Source of the DNA: Leucoraja ocellata | Taxonomy: Eukaryota | DNA: 64,000 nucleotides | Assembly: GCA_036785375.1 (NCBI GenBank) | Contig: JAWMAR010000341.1 | Coordinates: forward strand, 186,001-250,000 | Direction: 5' to 3' | Shown here: piece by piece, positions 48,936 to 62,873 of the stretch | Numbering within the stretch: the stretch's first letter is position 1 | Layout of the letters: each line of letters starts with the position of its first letter | Notes under the pieces: model-generated | Database searches by the model: none | What the model saw: the letters and a program-made list of their open reading frames with translations, nothing else | Told to the model about the DNA's origin: nothing | Program-made: the position numbers and the translations under genes

Positions 48936-51900
48936 TTCCTTACCAAGACTTGCAGATAGCTTTATAAATCCATGGAAAGAAGATTCAACTTGCTGATATT
49001 TGTGACTTCAGTGGACTATATCAATATATTTCTTAAAAGGTATGCGTTTCTGTTCCCTGTTAAGTAGTTTATCGTATCTATGATAAATGAGTACCAATTT
49101 TATTTGACAAATAGCATAGTGCACAAATTGAAAGAGAAACCAAGACATAAGGTCATGAAAGTGGCAGAGGTAGTAACGTATACAATCTTTTGGAGGTAGA
49201 AATAGGTAACCTGATATAGATTTACAGAGAATTTACAATATATCGAAACAGGACATCTATGATACAGAAAGAGAATGTGCAACCAAACTATCCATGCCTT
49301 TGTTTATATTACAACCAAACCTCTTTGCACCTGACTTCATGGTACCCTCGGCATATCCTTCCATAAAGATAAAAGATTGCAAATGCTCAGAACCTGAAAT
49401 CAAGGCAAAATTCTGAAAATGCTCAACTGATAAAAAAGGATTTGCGGAGGGTTAAACCACCAATTAAAGTTTTCTGTCTCTGTTCCCCTCTCCACAGATA
49501 CTATGTGACTTGATTATTTCCAACATTTTTGTTTATTTCACCATTTTTTTCATCTATTTCTTGGGCAATGAGGAGGGTTTAGGTCATCAAAGGACACCAA
49601 AGCTGAACACGATCAAATTCAGTTTGAGTCAATGACCATAAAAGGCATTGGAGGAGATAACACAGATTGGAACCTTTTTCCATGACACCCAAATAAGGCA
49701 GCTTTGGCCTCCTGCACGAAGTATAGAAGAAAGTATTAAGTGTCATTTCTCAGAATTGTTTCCTTTGAATTCAGAAACAATCAAGTTTTCAAGAACTTGA
49801 ATATACCATTGCAGTATTAAAAAAATAAAATAAGAAACCAAGTAAGCCCATAGAGCTATCAGGCGTTCTGTTCACAGAGCAGTTGCATTTACCCTGTTGT
49901 GATTATTTTACCCACATAACCATCTACTTGGAAGATAAAAGATCACGAAATAACCCAATCCTCTTGCTTCAAGTATGCTTTTGTACAACTTTGTAAATGA
50001 GCATTATCAAGAGTAGTTCAGTTTGAGCTCCTGCTAAATGAATGCTTGAAAACTAAACCTAAGTCCTTAAATTAGTTGCCTTTCTCACCAGCATAGCTTT
50101 GCTAGAGGCAAGAGAAATTTCCGTTTTGATGTTGCAGTTCACTGTAGGTTTACCTGCTGAGACATCAAATCTCACTAACGATATAAATCCTTTTATTCGT
50201 TTCCAATTCATCAGTGGGTTATTATAAAATGCTTAAACGGAGATAATACTAACAATTGAGTGCGTGTCCACTTTAAAGTAAGAAGAATCAGTAAAAATAA
50301 ATTTCCCTTTCGCACTTATTATTCTTATGATTGTCATTTTCTTTATTTTAAGGTTGTTTGCAAGTCTGTGGTTTAATTTGTATGGGTTGAATGAAGCACG
50401 TTGTTATAGCCTTGCCATATCTTTTCCCCATTCAGGCTACTATTTTAATGCAAGAAAGGACAGTGTTAATATTTCCTCCATTTCACAATTTGCAACACAG
50501 AGGATTCTACCCTGTTACGGATCAGTGTTATTGCGAGTTCATGATGTTGCTTGTGGCAGACCAGAGAAGTACACTTTCCTTTTTTTCTATGTCAAAAAAG
50601 CTGCACATTAATGAATGTTTTTTCATTCTGTGCATTTTCATGATCAGACTTAATTATATTTAGCTAATTTTCTTAAAAGATGAAGGGGATTGACTCCTTA
50701 ATTCAATACGCAACGGAAGTTTGAGAAGAGATAAGGAAAGTCATGATAAATCAGATGGAATCATGAGTTAAAATGAAGCTTGGTTTTCAGAAACTTGAAG
50801 ATTAGAAGACAAATGAAAAATTTGTCACAGTTTAAGTGTCAGGAAAAAGATAAGCTTATGTAGAAAATACAACACTAGGTTTTCCGAGCAAAACTGCCCC
50901 TTTTAGGAGCATTAATTGTATTGGTTCCATTACTGATTGGGTTTAATTTCAACACATTGAAGACTGAAGATGAGAAACAATACCGATTTAATATGTTTCT
51001 AGCTCAAACAAAACAAGAGAAAATTGTATTGAGAGCATTATTTTAATATACAGGTAATATGGGAAGTAGATCTAATTTCAACGGTGGAAAGAATTTGGAT
51101 TTCTCATGTGGGGTTTGAGTAAGGTGATTGTGAAGGATTTACCAGAATTTAGGGATGTCCATTCCGTGCTCTTGTGTTTTGTTTAATTGTATGTTTGAGT
51201 CTGAATGGAATGGTAACTTTTCTTTGACAAATATAAATGTGCAAGATGGGTCTATACTCTCTGGAATTTAGGATTAGAAATCATCTCATTCTGAGGGGTC
51301 TTGACAAAGTAGATGCAATGAGAGTAAAGGAAAAAAAACACAGAATTTAACAAATAGAAAGTAAAGTAGGGCCATTAGATTACTTCTCCCTCCACTGTCA
51401 TTCAATAAATCATGGCTGATTCCTACGCTAACCAGATAGCACTTGGTGGCTCCAAGAACGAAGATGGCAGTATGTAGAAGTGTGGAGAGGACTGTGTTCT
51501 GAGTTGGTTGGTTATAGGTGAGCGAGTTAACGAGAGCAGATGGAGCCGAGTGAGGGAGGAGGAAAGGGATGGAACAGGTGAACAAAATGAGATAGGACCT
51601 GGATGGGCTGGTGGGAAAGGAACATGGGATTTGGCTTATCAGAAATTGGCAAATTCAATGTTCGTACCATTGGGTCTTAAGTTATCCAAGCAGAATTTTC
51701 CCAATCATGATAGTTCTTTTTTTGGCAATGTTAATAGCCTATTTCTTTCATCAAAAACCGTCTTTAACTTTCCCCGATGGGTTTTTGTTTGTGTCTTAAA
51801 GAATATATACCTTATTTGTAAACTATGCATTAATTCTTTAAATATTAGGTATTACTTATTTACTGTCAAGTCTTTAAATATAATTTCTTAATTTCAATAG

Positions 51901-52664
51901 CCAACTCCAATGTCATAAGCTCCATTCAAATTTAAGATCATGAAATTAACATTGAACTAAATCACTTTTAATTCAATATAAAAGTCCATCATATTATAAT
52001 CACTGTGTCCTAAAAATCCCTTTCTGAATACACACTTTAAAATACTCCATGAATTCAGGCTACACAGTGTTACTGCTCACTTAGTTTTCCCTGTCACTAT
52101 GTATATTTAAGTCCCCCATGCAATTGTGAAGATCTGATATAAATCAGAAAATACTAGAAATAATTAGTAGATCAGAAAGCATCTGTGCAGAAAGAAATAG
52201 GGTTAATGTTCAGATTAATGACCATTTATTAAAATTATGAAAAGATAGAAATCAAATATGTTTTAGTATATTTGTGGATGTTTTACATTGCAGAGAAGAA
52301 AATGAATAGCGGGAACAAAGAGATGCCTGCGACAGAGGTGTGAAAGGTATTCAAGTTGAGGTGTTAACTCTGTTCTTTTCTCCACAAATGCTGCCCAATA
52401 TGCTGTGAGCTCCTTTCAATTGATGGCAGAGGGAATATATCTCTGGATAAAACTGATATGGGAAATGTCTTTCTTCAGAATACTGTGAACCTTAAATCAT
52501 TGAGAAAATTTAAGGCTGTAAAGAGATGTTTGGACTATGAGCAAACAGAGGTTGAGGAGATTCCACAGGAAAATGAAATTGAAGCCAGAGATCTGATCAG
52601 CCATAATCTTATAGAATTAAAGGTTTAAAGGGCCAAGCGACCTACTCTTGCTCTTTATTTCTTA

Positions 52665-53271
52665 AGGGCCTGTCCCACTTGGACGACCTAATCCACGAGT
52701 TTAGAAGACCCTAGACGAGTTGAAATAAATGTCAAGGTCGTGTTGACTCGCCGAAGTAAAAGACCTCCTACGACTATGCCTACGACCTCCTACAACTATG
52801 TCTACGACCTCCTATGTCTATGTCTACGACCTCCTACCACCCCCTTCGACCTCAGTCTTCCACACCTAAGACCAACCTCGACTAGCTACGAGTGGAAAAT
52901 GATCACATGATAAAATGATGTCATGTTTGCATTTTTTTCTCGGGCCAGTTACCGACCTACAACTACCTACGACTATCTACGACTACCATCACGACCTACT
53001 ATGACCTACCTACGACCTACCTACGAGTAAGAAGTATCAAATTTTTCCATGCCGACTCTTTTTTTAATCATGGACATTTTTTATCAGGCTGGAAAAAACG
53101 GCGCGACCTACTTGAGGCCACGAGTGCGCGGAGACCAACCACGACCATGAGGAAGAGTTACGAAGACCTTCCATGACCTCCTACGACCTCGTGGTGACCA
53201 TGCTGCGAGTATGAGTCAAGGGCAAACTCAGCAGAGGTCGCCAATTAGGTCGTGAAAGTGGGACATGGGCT
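52665..53271. mobile_element. PIF/Harbinger-type MITE (~607 bp) with internal (CTACGAC)n repeats
   Basis: Left TIR AGGGCCTGTCCCACTT, degenerate right TIR AAGTGGGACATGGGCT, TTA TSD. Confidence 0.8.
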
Positions 53272-54009
53272 TTAAATTTCACATGAATCTTAGTTTAGAA
53301 ATATTAAAGGCTCGGGCTATGCAGGGCTTACTCACAAATGAAAGAATATTCATGGCCAACGTGAGTGCAATATTATAGCCAAACAAACAGAAATGTGTAA
53401 GTCATTGGAACTTGGTGTGCCACGTTGGCTGTGGAATGCATTTATCTACAGCTAACAGAAGAGGTGTAACTGCTTCCGTAGCTTTCAGATGTCTCATAAA
53501 TTGGTTGCCTGGCTGCCCAGGGGGATTGCTGAGTGAGTTTTCCTCCCTTTTTGGAAAAGCCCCTGTCATTTGTTCACATCTCTTTCGTGGGGTGCTCGAG
53601 GTTATAAATTCACCAATTTGACTGCAGTCTTGGACAATGAAGTCATATTCAACAATGTTTAAAGTGCAAGGGAGTTCTTTGAGGTGTCCTGGGTAGTGTG
53701 AACAATGATTTCACCACATATGCACAAATGTGGTCATGGCCATGCACCTCTTGCCAGAGCTCACTCGGTGGAAATTGGCTGTCATTTTTCCTATGTTGCA
53801 AAAATTGTTAGACCAAAAAAACGATTTAATTGCCTGTAAGGCACTTTAGGACAAACAAATTTTACAGAAAATACTATTGTGAGTCTTTTTTCTTTATTGT
53901 CAGCTCAAAAGTATTTGGAGATGTATAAATTCTTAACAACTTGCATTGATGTAAGATTTTTTAAGTAGAATGTGGAAGATATCCCAAAGTACAACACATT
54001 ATTGCATTA

Positions 54010-54215
54010 CACAAAAAAGCTGGAGAAACTCAGCGGGTGCAGCAGCATCTATGGAGCGAAGGAAATAGGCAACGTTTCGGGCCGAAACCCTTCGAAGGGT
54101 TTCGGCCCGAAACGTTGCCTATTTCCTTCGCTCCATAGATGCTGCTGCACCCGCTGAGTTTCTCCAGCTTTTTTGTGTAACCTTCGATTCTCCAGCATCT
54201 GCAGTTCCCTCTTAA
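54010..54215. mobile_element. Young Penelope-derived palindromic element
   Basis: Perfect palindrome 54007-54180. 14-bp TSD ACATTATTGCATTA at 53996-54009 and 54216-54229. Confidence 0.85.
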
Positions 54216-54589
54216 ACATTATTGCATTAAATGTCCTAAGGGGAAGTGTGTATTAGGGAGAGAGCCCAAAGAATATGTTTTGAGAAGGAATTTTAGAAAA
54301 AGTTAATAATGAAATCGTACTAATGGAAAGTATTTTCCGAGTTTGAATCTTGAGAAAAAAACAAAAGGCTGGAGAATTTAAGCGAGTCAGGCAGAATCTA
54401 GCGGGTATAGGCAGTTGACAATTTGGGCAGGAATGAAAAATATATACCAAACAAATACTGTGCAAAAACATTTCAGACATTCTTAGTGTCTATGCATTCA
54501 ATAGTATCTTACTTGGTAGTGTTTGCTCCTATCCTTAAACAAAGCATCCTTACCAGTCATGTAATCTACCAAGGTGATATCCCTTCCCT

Positions 54590-55300
54590 TATTTCAGGGG
54601 TGGACCCACCAAACTCTGCCTCTCAATGTCCAGCAGCAGAAGAACCCCAGACTGTGAACCACAGAGCCTTGGCATTGGCTGCACCAAGCTTGTGAGTTCC
54701 TCTGCATGTAGTCCTGCAGTCAGGAATGGGCCAGTCAGCAACATTCCCGGATGGACAACTCGCTGTGCTGGTAAACCGACAAGTTTCTGGCAGACCAAAT
54801 AGCGTCTTTCACCGAGTTCATGATCTTCCAGCAACCTTTGATGTCCATCTCTAAATGTGCCTCTAGGAATAGCCCGTAAATCAGAGAGTCTTCAGTTAAG
54901 GAGCTGTTCGGGATGAACCGTGACAAGGAGCTTTGTGTCATTCTCCAGACCTGCTTTGCAAATCCACACTCTACAAAGAGGTGGACAACCATCTCCTCTC
55001 CTTGGCAGCAGTCCCGAGGGCAGTGTGCATGGGTAGAAAATTCCAATGGTACAGGAAGGATCTGATTGGATGAGCCCTTCTCACCTCAGCCAAGCGAGAT
55101 CTTGGTGCTTGTTGGCCAGTTCTGGAGATGAGGCATTTTGCCAGACAAAATGGGAATGTCTACTCAGGGAACCATGCCACATGAACCATCGAGTCCTTGT
55201 CCTGCAGTGCCTGCAAGATGTTCTGTACTGACCACTGCCCAATGGACTTGTGACAATTAACAAACAGGTCTCTGGATGGAAGTGAGAGAAGAGGTGTCTA
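54590..55300 (-). mobile_element. Tx1/L1-clade LINE ORF2 C-terminal fragment (zf-RVT)
   Basis: CPRDCCQGEEMVVHLFVECGFAKQVW...KDAIWSARN is the C-x-C/H-x-C zinc-binding tail. Confidence 0.85.
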
Positions 55301-58300
55301 TTCACGGATCACGGCAGACCTTCTTGGTGAGATAAAAATTCCCTCCACAGGTGTTGTCTGATCTGCTGTGTTTATCAAGCCTTGTGCTTTTTTTGTTTAT
55401 GGTGAAGCCTGGCTACAGATCCCAAAGGGTTGGGTGTACATTGAAGATTGACTGCATTTGGGCTACGTTGTACCTTGTTCAGTGTGAGGTCAGTGTGAAT
55501 TGCTTCGTATTATCAGATATGGCCTCTGTTCTTTATCAATATGTAGTTTTTCTACCTCAAGCAGATCAATAGCTACTTTGAAAACATATTTACTGCAACA
55601 TTAATTTAAAGTCTGTTATATAAAAAAAATATATGCTTTATTTTGATTTGGATTAGTTGTGGTTAAGTTAGGTTAAGTTTAGGTCAGATTTAAAATGTTA
55701 ATTTATAACATTTTTACTTGAACATCCCATCACCTGCAGGGTTAACAAATTTGCAGTGAGTTCATTATTATTTTGCGAACAGCGGATTTATACACAATTA
55801 TTAGTGTTGTCGATATTCATTGATGGCTAGGAGGACGCCGGGTCTTCTAATACTGATCAAGAGTTCTTTATTCTTCAACCATTTCCAATGAAACAGTTAA
55901 AGTAAACTAGTCACTTGTCTCTTTGACTTTTGCACTTCCTATTTGCAAATGGCCACTTATCAGCAGGAGGTAAACTACAATAATTAATTAAATGTAAAAG
56001 AGTTTGGAACATCTGGCAATCTGACAAACCTTCAGAATCTTTATTTTTTGTTTAATAAGGTAATTTGGTAGTGAATGCTTCTTTAAAATATTAGCAGCGC
56101 TTCACATCTGAAATAGAAGTACATTAAATATTAACTGTTTTTCTTTCCACAGATGTTGACTGATCTGCTGAGCGCTTCCAGCATTTTCAGTTATTATTAT
56201 ATATGTTAGTATTTTAATTCAGTCCAAGTAGATTTTGGACCCACCTTAGCAAAATTAAAAAGTGCCAGTGTAATTGTCAAAGTGACGTAGCATCTCATTT
56301 GATGTTAATTCAAAAGAGTTTCTGATAATTGCAGACAATGTGTGAATTAGTCCTGTTGTTTGTATATATTTTTAATCGCAGCTAAGCTAATTTGTTCCTC
56401 ATATCAGGAATGCACGAAGAATATTTATTTTAGATAACAGAAGGCGAGCAGGTTAGAAAGGGTTAATGAAAATGTAGATTTAATCTTGATTTCTGATGGA
56501 TTTTTATCTCTAATGGATACTTGCATTATCTTTGATTGACCTTAAACATCAGTTATCTTCTATTTCCCACATAGAGGATCCCCGCTGACTCACTAAAATG
56601 CACGTTGTTGGTTACCGAATACTACTCATCACACTACTATCATTTTAGATACTATTTTCCTATTGGTGAAATGTGAAGTTGGACATTTATCTCATTGTTC
56701 TTTATTGGATCTTGCTGTGACAAAAGCAATAGGGTAAGTCTCTAGAAATAATACTGAAGTGCCAGGCTAGATGTCCAGCTTCTGAGGTAGAGTTTGAACG
56801 TGTCATCTCTGAGCCATGAACATTGAGCCAACCGAGGACTTGCAGTCATTTTATTTTATCAAGAGTTGGGGCATTTTAAGAAAACTGGTGACTAAATGAG
56901 AATAATTATGTGTACCATTGAGGCCCAAAACGTTTTGCCTGATAAAATAGACCTTGAGCATGAAAGGCCATATGTTTGCTGGCTTTGCCATTGAGGATCT
57001 AACACAGAATATTCAGTAGGCTGAAGATTTTGAGATGGAGAAAATGAGTATCCCTTGAAGAATTAGTTTATCCTGCCATAGATCTAGTTGATTTCCTTAC
57101 AAGGATATCAGTAGCAGCTCTGTTAAACTGCGAACTATGTGCAATTAAAAGATCCTTCCATCCACAAAGTGGTTACAATATCCAAGGAATTTTAGCTCCT
57201 CATTCTTGCATTAGGTCATTAGCCAAGTATCAATGTGCATATCTTCCAATTTCTGCTCCTACATAGAGAGAGTAGACAGTGAGAATATTCTAGAGAATAC
57301 TACCATTATTTGTTTACATTTTAATTTCATCCCAAGCCCTTTAAACTTTAATTGTAAGTCCTCAGTGCTCTTCCTGTATAATTAGCTCCAATGTGGACTG
57401 TTTTTCATTTCTCCACATCCCCACAGTGCATTCTGTACTGTCTCTGACTGGATCTTGCTGAGACAAAGTCAAATCTCAAATAAGTGCCAGTGATTCAACA
57501 TATGCGTTTTATGCCAATGACAATACCAAATCTATTGCATGCCCTCAATTTATTTCACCCATTACTGCAGCCCTTTGGCTTACATTTTCATGCTTAGAAA
57601 TTCCCGTTTTGAGGTATTGTCTTGGTCATGATATTGAATGCAGAATATTAGAAGTGGCTGTACATAGTGCAATTAATAGCGAACATCCCTACTTATGGCC
57701 TTATGATTAAAGGAAGGCCATAGATGGAGCAGATGAAGATGGTTTGGGCCAGGACACTGGCCTAAGGAACTTCTGTTGTGAAGGTGGAGATCTCAGGAAG
57801 AAGCAGAGAGAGATCATCCACAGACACTGGCTATGGCAGTGGTGAAACGTTCACATCGTTTGTGAATCCTCCATATTTTTTTCATTATTGGCTTGCAAAA
57901 CATCATCAGCTGGGTGTTGTATTTTTAGAGTAGAATTTCATTATCTGTCATATCAAAACTAGGATGTTGTATTTCATAAAAATTAGACCAATCAACAAGT
58001 CAGGCAGCATGTGCAGAGATGTAGATGTTGAACTTTTTTAGAATGGTTCAGAATTTGAAATGTCAAGCCCCAAGGTCGGGTCTGGGCTTTCAAAAACTAG
58101 CTTTTCTACAGAAATTGCCTGAATTTGGTGAGTATTTTCAGCTTTCTTTAATTTTATTTTTTGGATTGCAGATTTGGCACTTACCAATTTTACATCCACC
58201 AACCAGAACTAATAGTTGAAGCACTATTTCATTTTCAGCTGTGCCTTAGAATCTAAGCACAATTCATCTTGTTCTCGGAGCAGTGCAAACCTCATTTTTG

Positions 58301-60577
58301 GTGCTTGGCTGTTACTCTACCTCCTGCATTGCACTATTGAAATATATAAATGCAGACGAGAATAGCATTAGAGGTCTGGTGTAACACCACTTTTTGGAAT
58401 CAAGAGATGGGGCAACAAAGCACTTGGAGTAATACAGGTTTTTCTCCATTGAGAGTCAGATTGGTTAGGTATACGCTTGTGATTAGAAAAAGTGGAAAAT
58501 CTAGTTTATATTAAGTTAGTTGTCAAGCCAGACAGCCCAGTTACACCTAAAGGATGACTAACAACCTTGAAACTAATCTAACCTAACAAATTTTGCATTA
58601 ATGTCAATTATTAAAAGTCAGGAAATTAGAGCCTATTGGTTTTTTTAAGTAATAATTGTTGATTTATGCACCAGAGATCAGTTACAAAAGATAATAGAAA
58701 CTAATTGTACTTTTAAATTAGCAAAAGTTTTCAACACTAAATTTTGGGGATTGGGTGTCACCAAGTGTCAGTTTAATTTATTGAGCCTTACATTATCTAC
58801 GTAGTTCCTCAGTGAGAGGAGGATGTTAGCCCTCCAACTATCGAGTCGTAGCTGGTCTTTACCACACCTTCATTTACGTGCCTTCACTATATTGCCATCA
58901 ATGTATTTCTCTAACAAAGATCTGTCCATAAATTTTGAAAATTTGGAAATTCAGAGTCCAATACTATATACAATATCCCAAATGAGGTGTCACAGCCCTG
59001 TAAAATCTCAATTAGACTTCCTTACTTCTGAAGCACAACTGCCTTTCTTTAAAGACCCACATACCATTTGCTTTCCCAATTACTTGCTGTACCTGCTTGT
59101 TTGCCTTCCACATTTCGTGAACTAGCACCTCAAGTTACCTCTGACTGACATTCACTGTTTCTTACCATTTAAAAAATATTTTTTTTCTCCTTTTTTGTTA
59201 TCCGATGAAACAACATCGGCATTTCCCCACATTATTATTCATCAACCACCGGTCCACTCACTTAATCTTCTTGTATTCTTCACAGACTCTTGCCAAGATG
59301 TTCAATGCATAATGATACTTCTATTTTCAGATTTTTGTAATTTTAAGTAAAGGTTTTTCCTGTGTTAAAGAAGATGTTCATTTCTAAGTTGTTTTATGAC
59401 ACCCAGGAAAATGGACTTGGCATTTTACAGTTTGAGTCGCACTTGACAATGATGAAATATCTTTGTGGTTCACATGGATATGACACCATTACTAGTATAG
59501 TGGGAAAAGTTAGACCAAGTTATTCCAGAATCACTCATCATGGACACTCCCAAGGCAACCATGTTTTAATAATGCAGCATCGGATTAAGACCTCCAAGGG
59601 AATTTCTCGGCTTATTTTTGATCCTATTGGCCATCACCTTCCATTTCCACACCACCAAAACCCAGCCTCTCATCTCCTGATATAACTGTTATATGTTACC
59701 AGCAGGTTAAGTGCACTGAAACATTGTGAGGGACCCTTTTAGGGACATCAACATTGATTCTGAACTCTTTAAAGTCCTTTCACATCAAACGTGAAAAGAG
59801 AAACTTGCTGTTTACTGTGCTTTCTCAGTCAATGAATCAGCACATCTCCATATGGAATAATAGCTGGGAGAAGCACTGAGGGCAGGGGAAGAAAACCATT
59901 TTTGGGCCCTTGCAACACCAGTAAATGTGTCCAATAGAACTTGATTGTCAGACTGACTGCATGGGAGGTAGTAAGTAAGCCAACTCAAGTACTTTGCACT
60001 GGATTTCATTACTCTACTTGTTACAGATGAAACTGTTCTTCGTGGCATAAATAGTTAGTGACCAGTGCGTGAGCCTTGATGGGACAAAATTCCTTCTTCA
60101 CACTGAGGTGTCTTTTTATTTTTGTGTGTGAGGTTGTCAGTGGCATAGATTCAGAATAGATCTGGCATCTCAAAACTAGGCATCATGAGACCCTGTGGGC
60201 CATCATCAACAGCAGATTTGTATTCCACCAGAATCTGTACCTTCATGGGCCTGCATGTTCTCCATATATATTAAGCTTGGGGATCAATCCTGGTTGAATG
60301 ATATGTGTAGAAGGACATGTCAGGAATACATCTGAAAACAAGATGCCAAACTAGTAAAGCTACAATACAACGTGTGCATGTGAAACAACAAAAAATAACA
60401 GCCTGCAACAGACAAAGTAAACAAGCTCACAATGTAACAGATGAAGACTCCATCGTTTTGTCACATCAGTGGTGGAGAGTAATAAATCACCTATTGGCAG
60501 GAAGAGATGTCAAAACTTTCCCCATTCTCAATGAACTTAGGACTTCAGTGCAGAAGACAAGGTTGGTACCCTTTTGA

Positions 60578-61077
60578 AGGTCAAAGGTCTTTTATTGTCA
60601 CATGTACCAATTAAGGTACAGTGATATGCGAATTTCCATACAGCCATAGGAAAAGAAAACAACAAGACACAAAACTACATAAAAGTTAACATGAACATCC
60701 ACCACAGCGGATTCCCCACATTCCTCACTGTGATGGAAGACAAAAAAGTCCCATCTTCTTCCTCTTTATTCTCCCGCGGTCGGGGCCGTCGAACATTCCA
60801 TCATTCCAGGGAGGAAGGCGTAGATGTGTTTCTTCACCAGCCTCTCAAAGCATTTCATGACTACCGAGGCAAGGGCCACCGGACGGTAGTCATTCAGACA
60901 GGCTGGGGAGGCATTTTTTGGTACCAGTACAATGATGGATTTTTTGAAGCAGGCAGGGAGCACGGACTTGTCCAGGGAGAGGCTGAATAATGTAGTGAGC
61001 ACTGGAGCTAGCTGCGTAGCACAGGACTTGAGTACTCGCCCCGAGATGCCATCGGGGCCTGCGGCTTTTCTCGTGTT
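60578..61077 (-). mobile_element. Rex/Babar-like LINE fragment (RT piece fused to the 3'UTR)
   Basis: KAAGPDGI motif upstream, then LPACFKKSIIVLVPK...CLNDYRPVALASVVMKCFERLV. Confidence 0.88.
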
Positions 61078-61604
61078 CTACCCTTTCGGGCTTTGATCAG
61101 TTTTTTTCTTGGAAAATTGGCTCCAAAAAACATGGAGAATGTGATTTAATATATTAGTATCCAAATAATAGAACTTTCTATAACTTTCCCAACGAAAGCT
61201 CACAAGACCACCAAATATCAACTTTGGTAGCTAAATTGCTACGCAAAGTAAAGTTAGAGTTCAACAGTTGCTGACGGCGATCCTCCAGTGTTCCCATTTA
61301 TAAATATATGATCCCACTAGCTCCTGGTCTTTCCTAAAAGGTTATACTGCAGTAAATTTGGGAAATATCCTGCTACTTTGAAATTAGAAAACCATAGGTA
61401 GAGAGAAAAAAAAACATATCAAATTTCCAGCTCCACTGCCATTAAAACCAATAATGGCAATGGCTTTTTTTAAGTATAGAAAAAAATATATAAATATCTG
61501 AATAAATTAAGTCATTCACCCTTAATTCACCCCTCTAGTTTCATTCGCCCCAAAATAATTTCATTTGCCCTTGGTTGAACCATTCACCAGTTTAAGAAGC
61601 ACTG
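61078..61604 (-). mobile_element. Second, truncated copy of the hAT element at 33705
   Basis: Reverse-complement homology to 33705-34110, ending in TIR TTAAGAAGCACTG at 61604. Confidence 0.85.
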
Positions 61605-62873
61605 GTTTAAATGGTAGTCCTAATGGGAAAGGTCCAGATGATGAGGGGTGTATTGTGCAGTGGGGAAGGAATTCACCCCATCCTCCTCTCCCTCTATCTT
61701 GCAGAAACTGTTGCAACAGACTAGATTCACACGTTCCTCCACTTCTCATTCACACCATGTTGACCAATCCCAAGATCCTAGTGAGCAACCACTCATTCCG
61801 ATAACTTGTGAGGTGATTAATTACATAGAACAGTACAGCACTTGCTTGAAATCCTTGGAGGAATTTTGGAATAAATGTTGACAGGAATCTTGATTTAAGT
61901 TGTCATCATGTCCTAGAAAGTTTTGCAATGTTTTTCAAAGCCCTCTTCAAATCTCCAGCTGCAAAATGGTGTTCGGCCAACTTAATGAGTGTTATTATCA
62001 AACAACTCCAAATCATTATCAGAGAAGTCCTTTTGAATGCAAATTTAAACTTCGCTAAAATTGGGTATTATATTAAAACTGGGCTAAGCTGGTGTTTGCA
62101 TTTAAGGTCCCATCCTAGACATGTCAGTACCTCTTTAACACATGGAGTTTAACAGCATGGACACTGGCTCAGCCCACTGAGTCTGAGTCAAGCATTCAGT
62201 TCCACTTTCTTCACCACATTTCCATGAATTTCCCTGATTCTTTTACTATCACTGTGTTCATCGACACTTGAGGGGAAATTTGTACTATCTGGTTAACCTC
62301 CCAGCCTAAAATAAGTGAGAAAAATAGTCGCTAGTCTTTATTAACCATTATGGCAATATTAGCTAACTAATTGAAACATAAACAGATTGGTTCTACCTTT
62401 AATCCACGTTTGTAAAGAGGCAATTTCTGTCTTGCAGCTGAAATTCTTCCTGGGCTATGTTGGCTATGGTTTCCTATTTACAATGTATTCTAATGACTTG
62501 CTGGAAACTACTTGTGGATGACTGATGCACCGTAACACATTGCACAAATGAATGCTTGCCCATTCTTTGTGTTTGGGTTCACACTTATCAGGGTACCTTA
62601 TCAGGGTACATTTGATCGTTATTGGCATGTTGAAATTCTATTCCAGGGAGGGCCAGTAGCTGAGGCAATTGGCTGCATTTTTAATTGACTGCATTATATT
62701 ACTACCATTTTAATAACTTTTATCATTTGGCCTTTCTTAATATATAGATTATACAATAAAACAATAATTATTATTTGGCAGTGAGAGTGACACAATGATT
62801 ATATTGTTTATCAATTGATTTTCATACACTACTTTTCTCTCGTGAATATTCACTTGTAAATTAATTGTTACTA

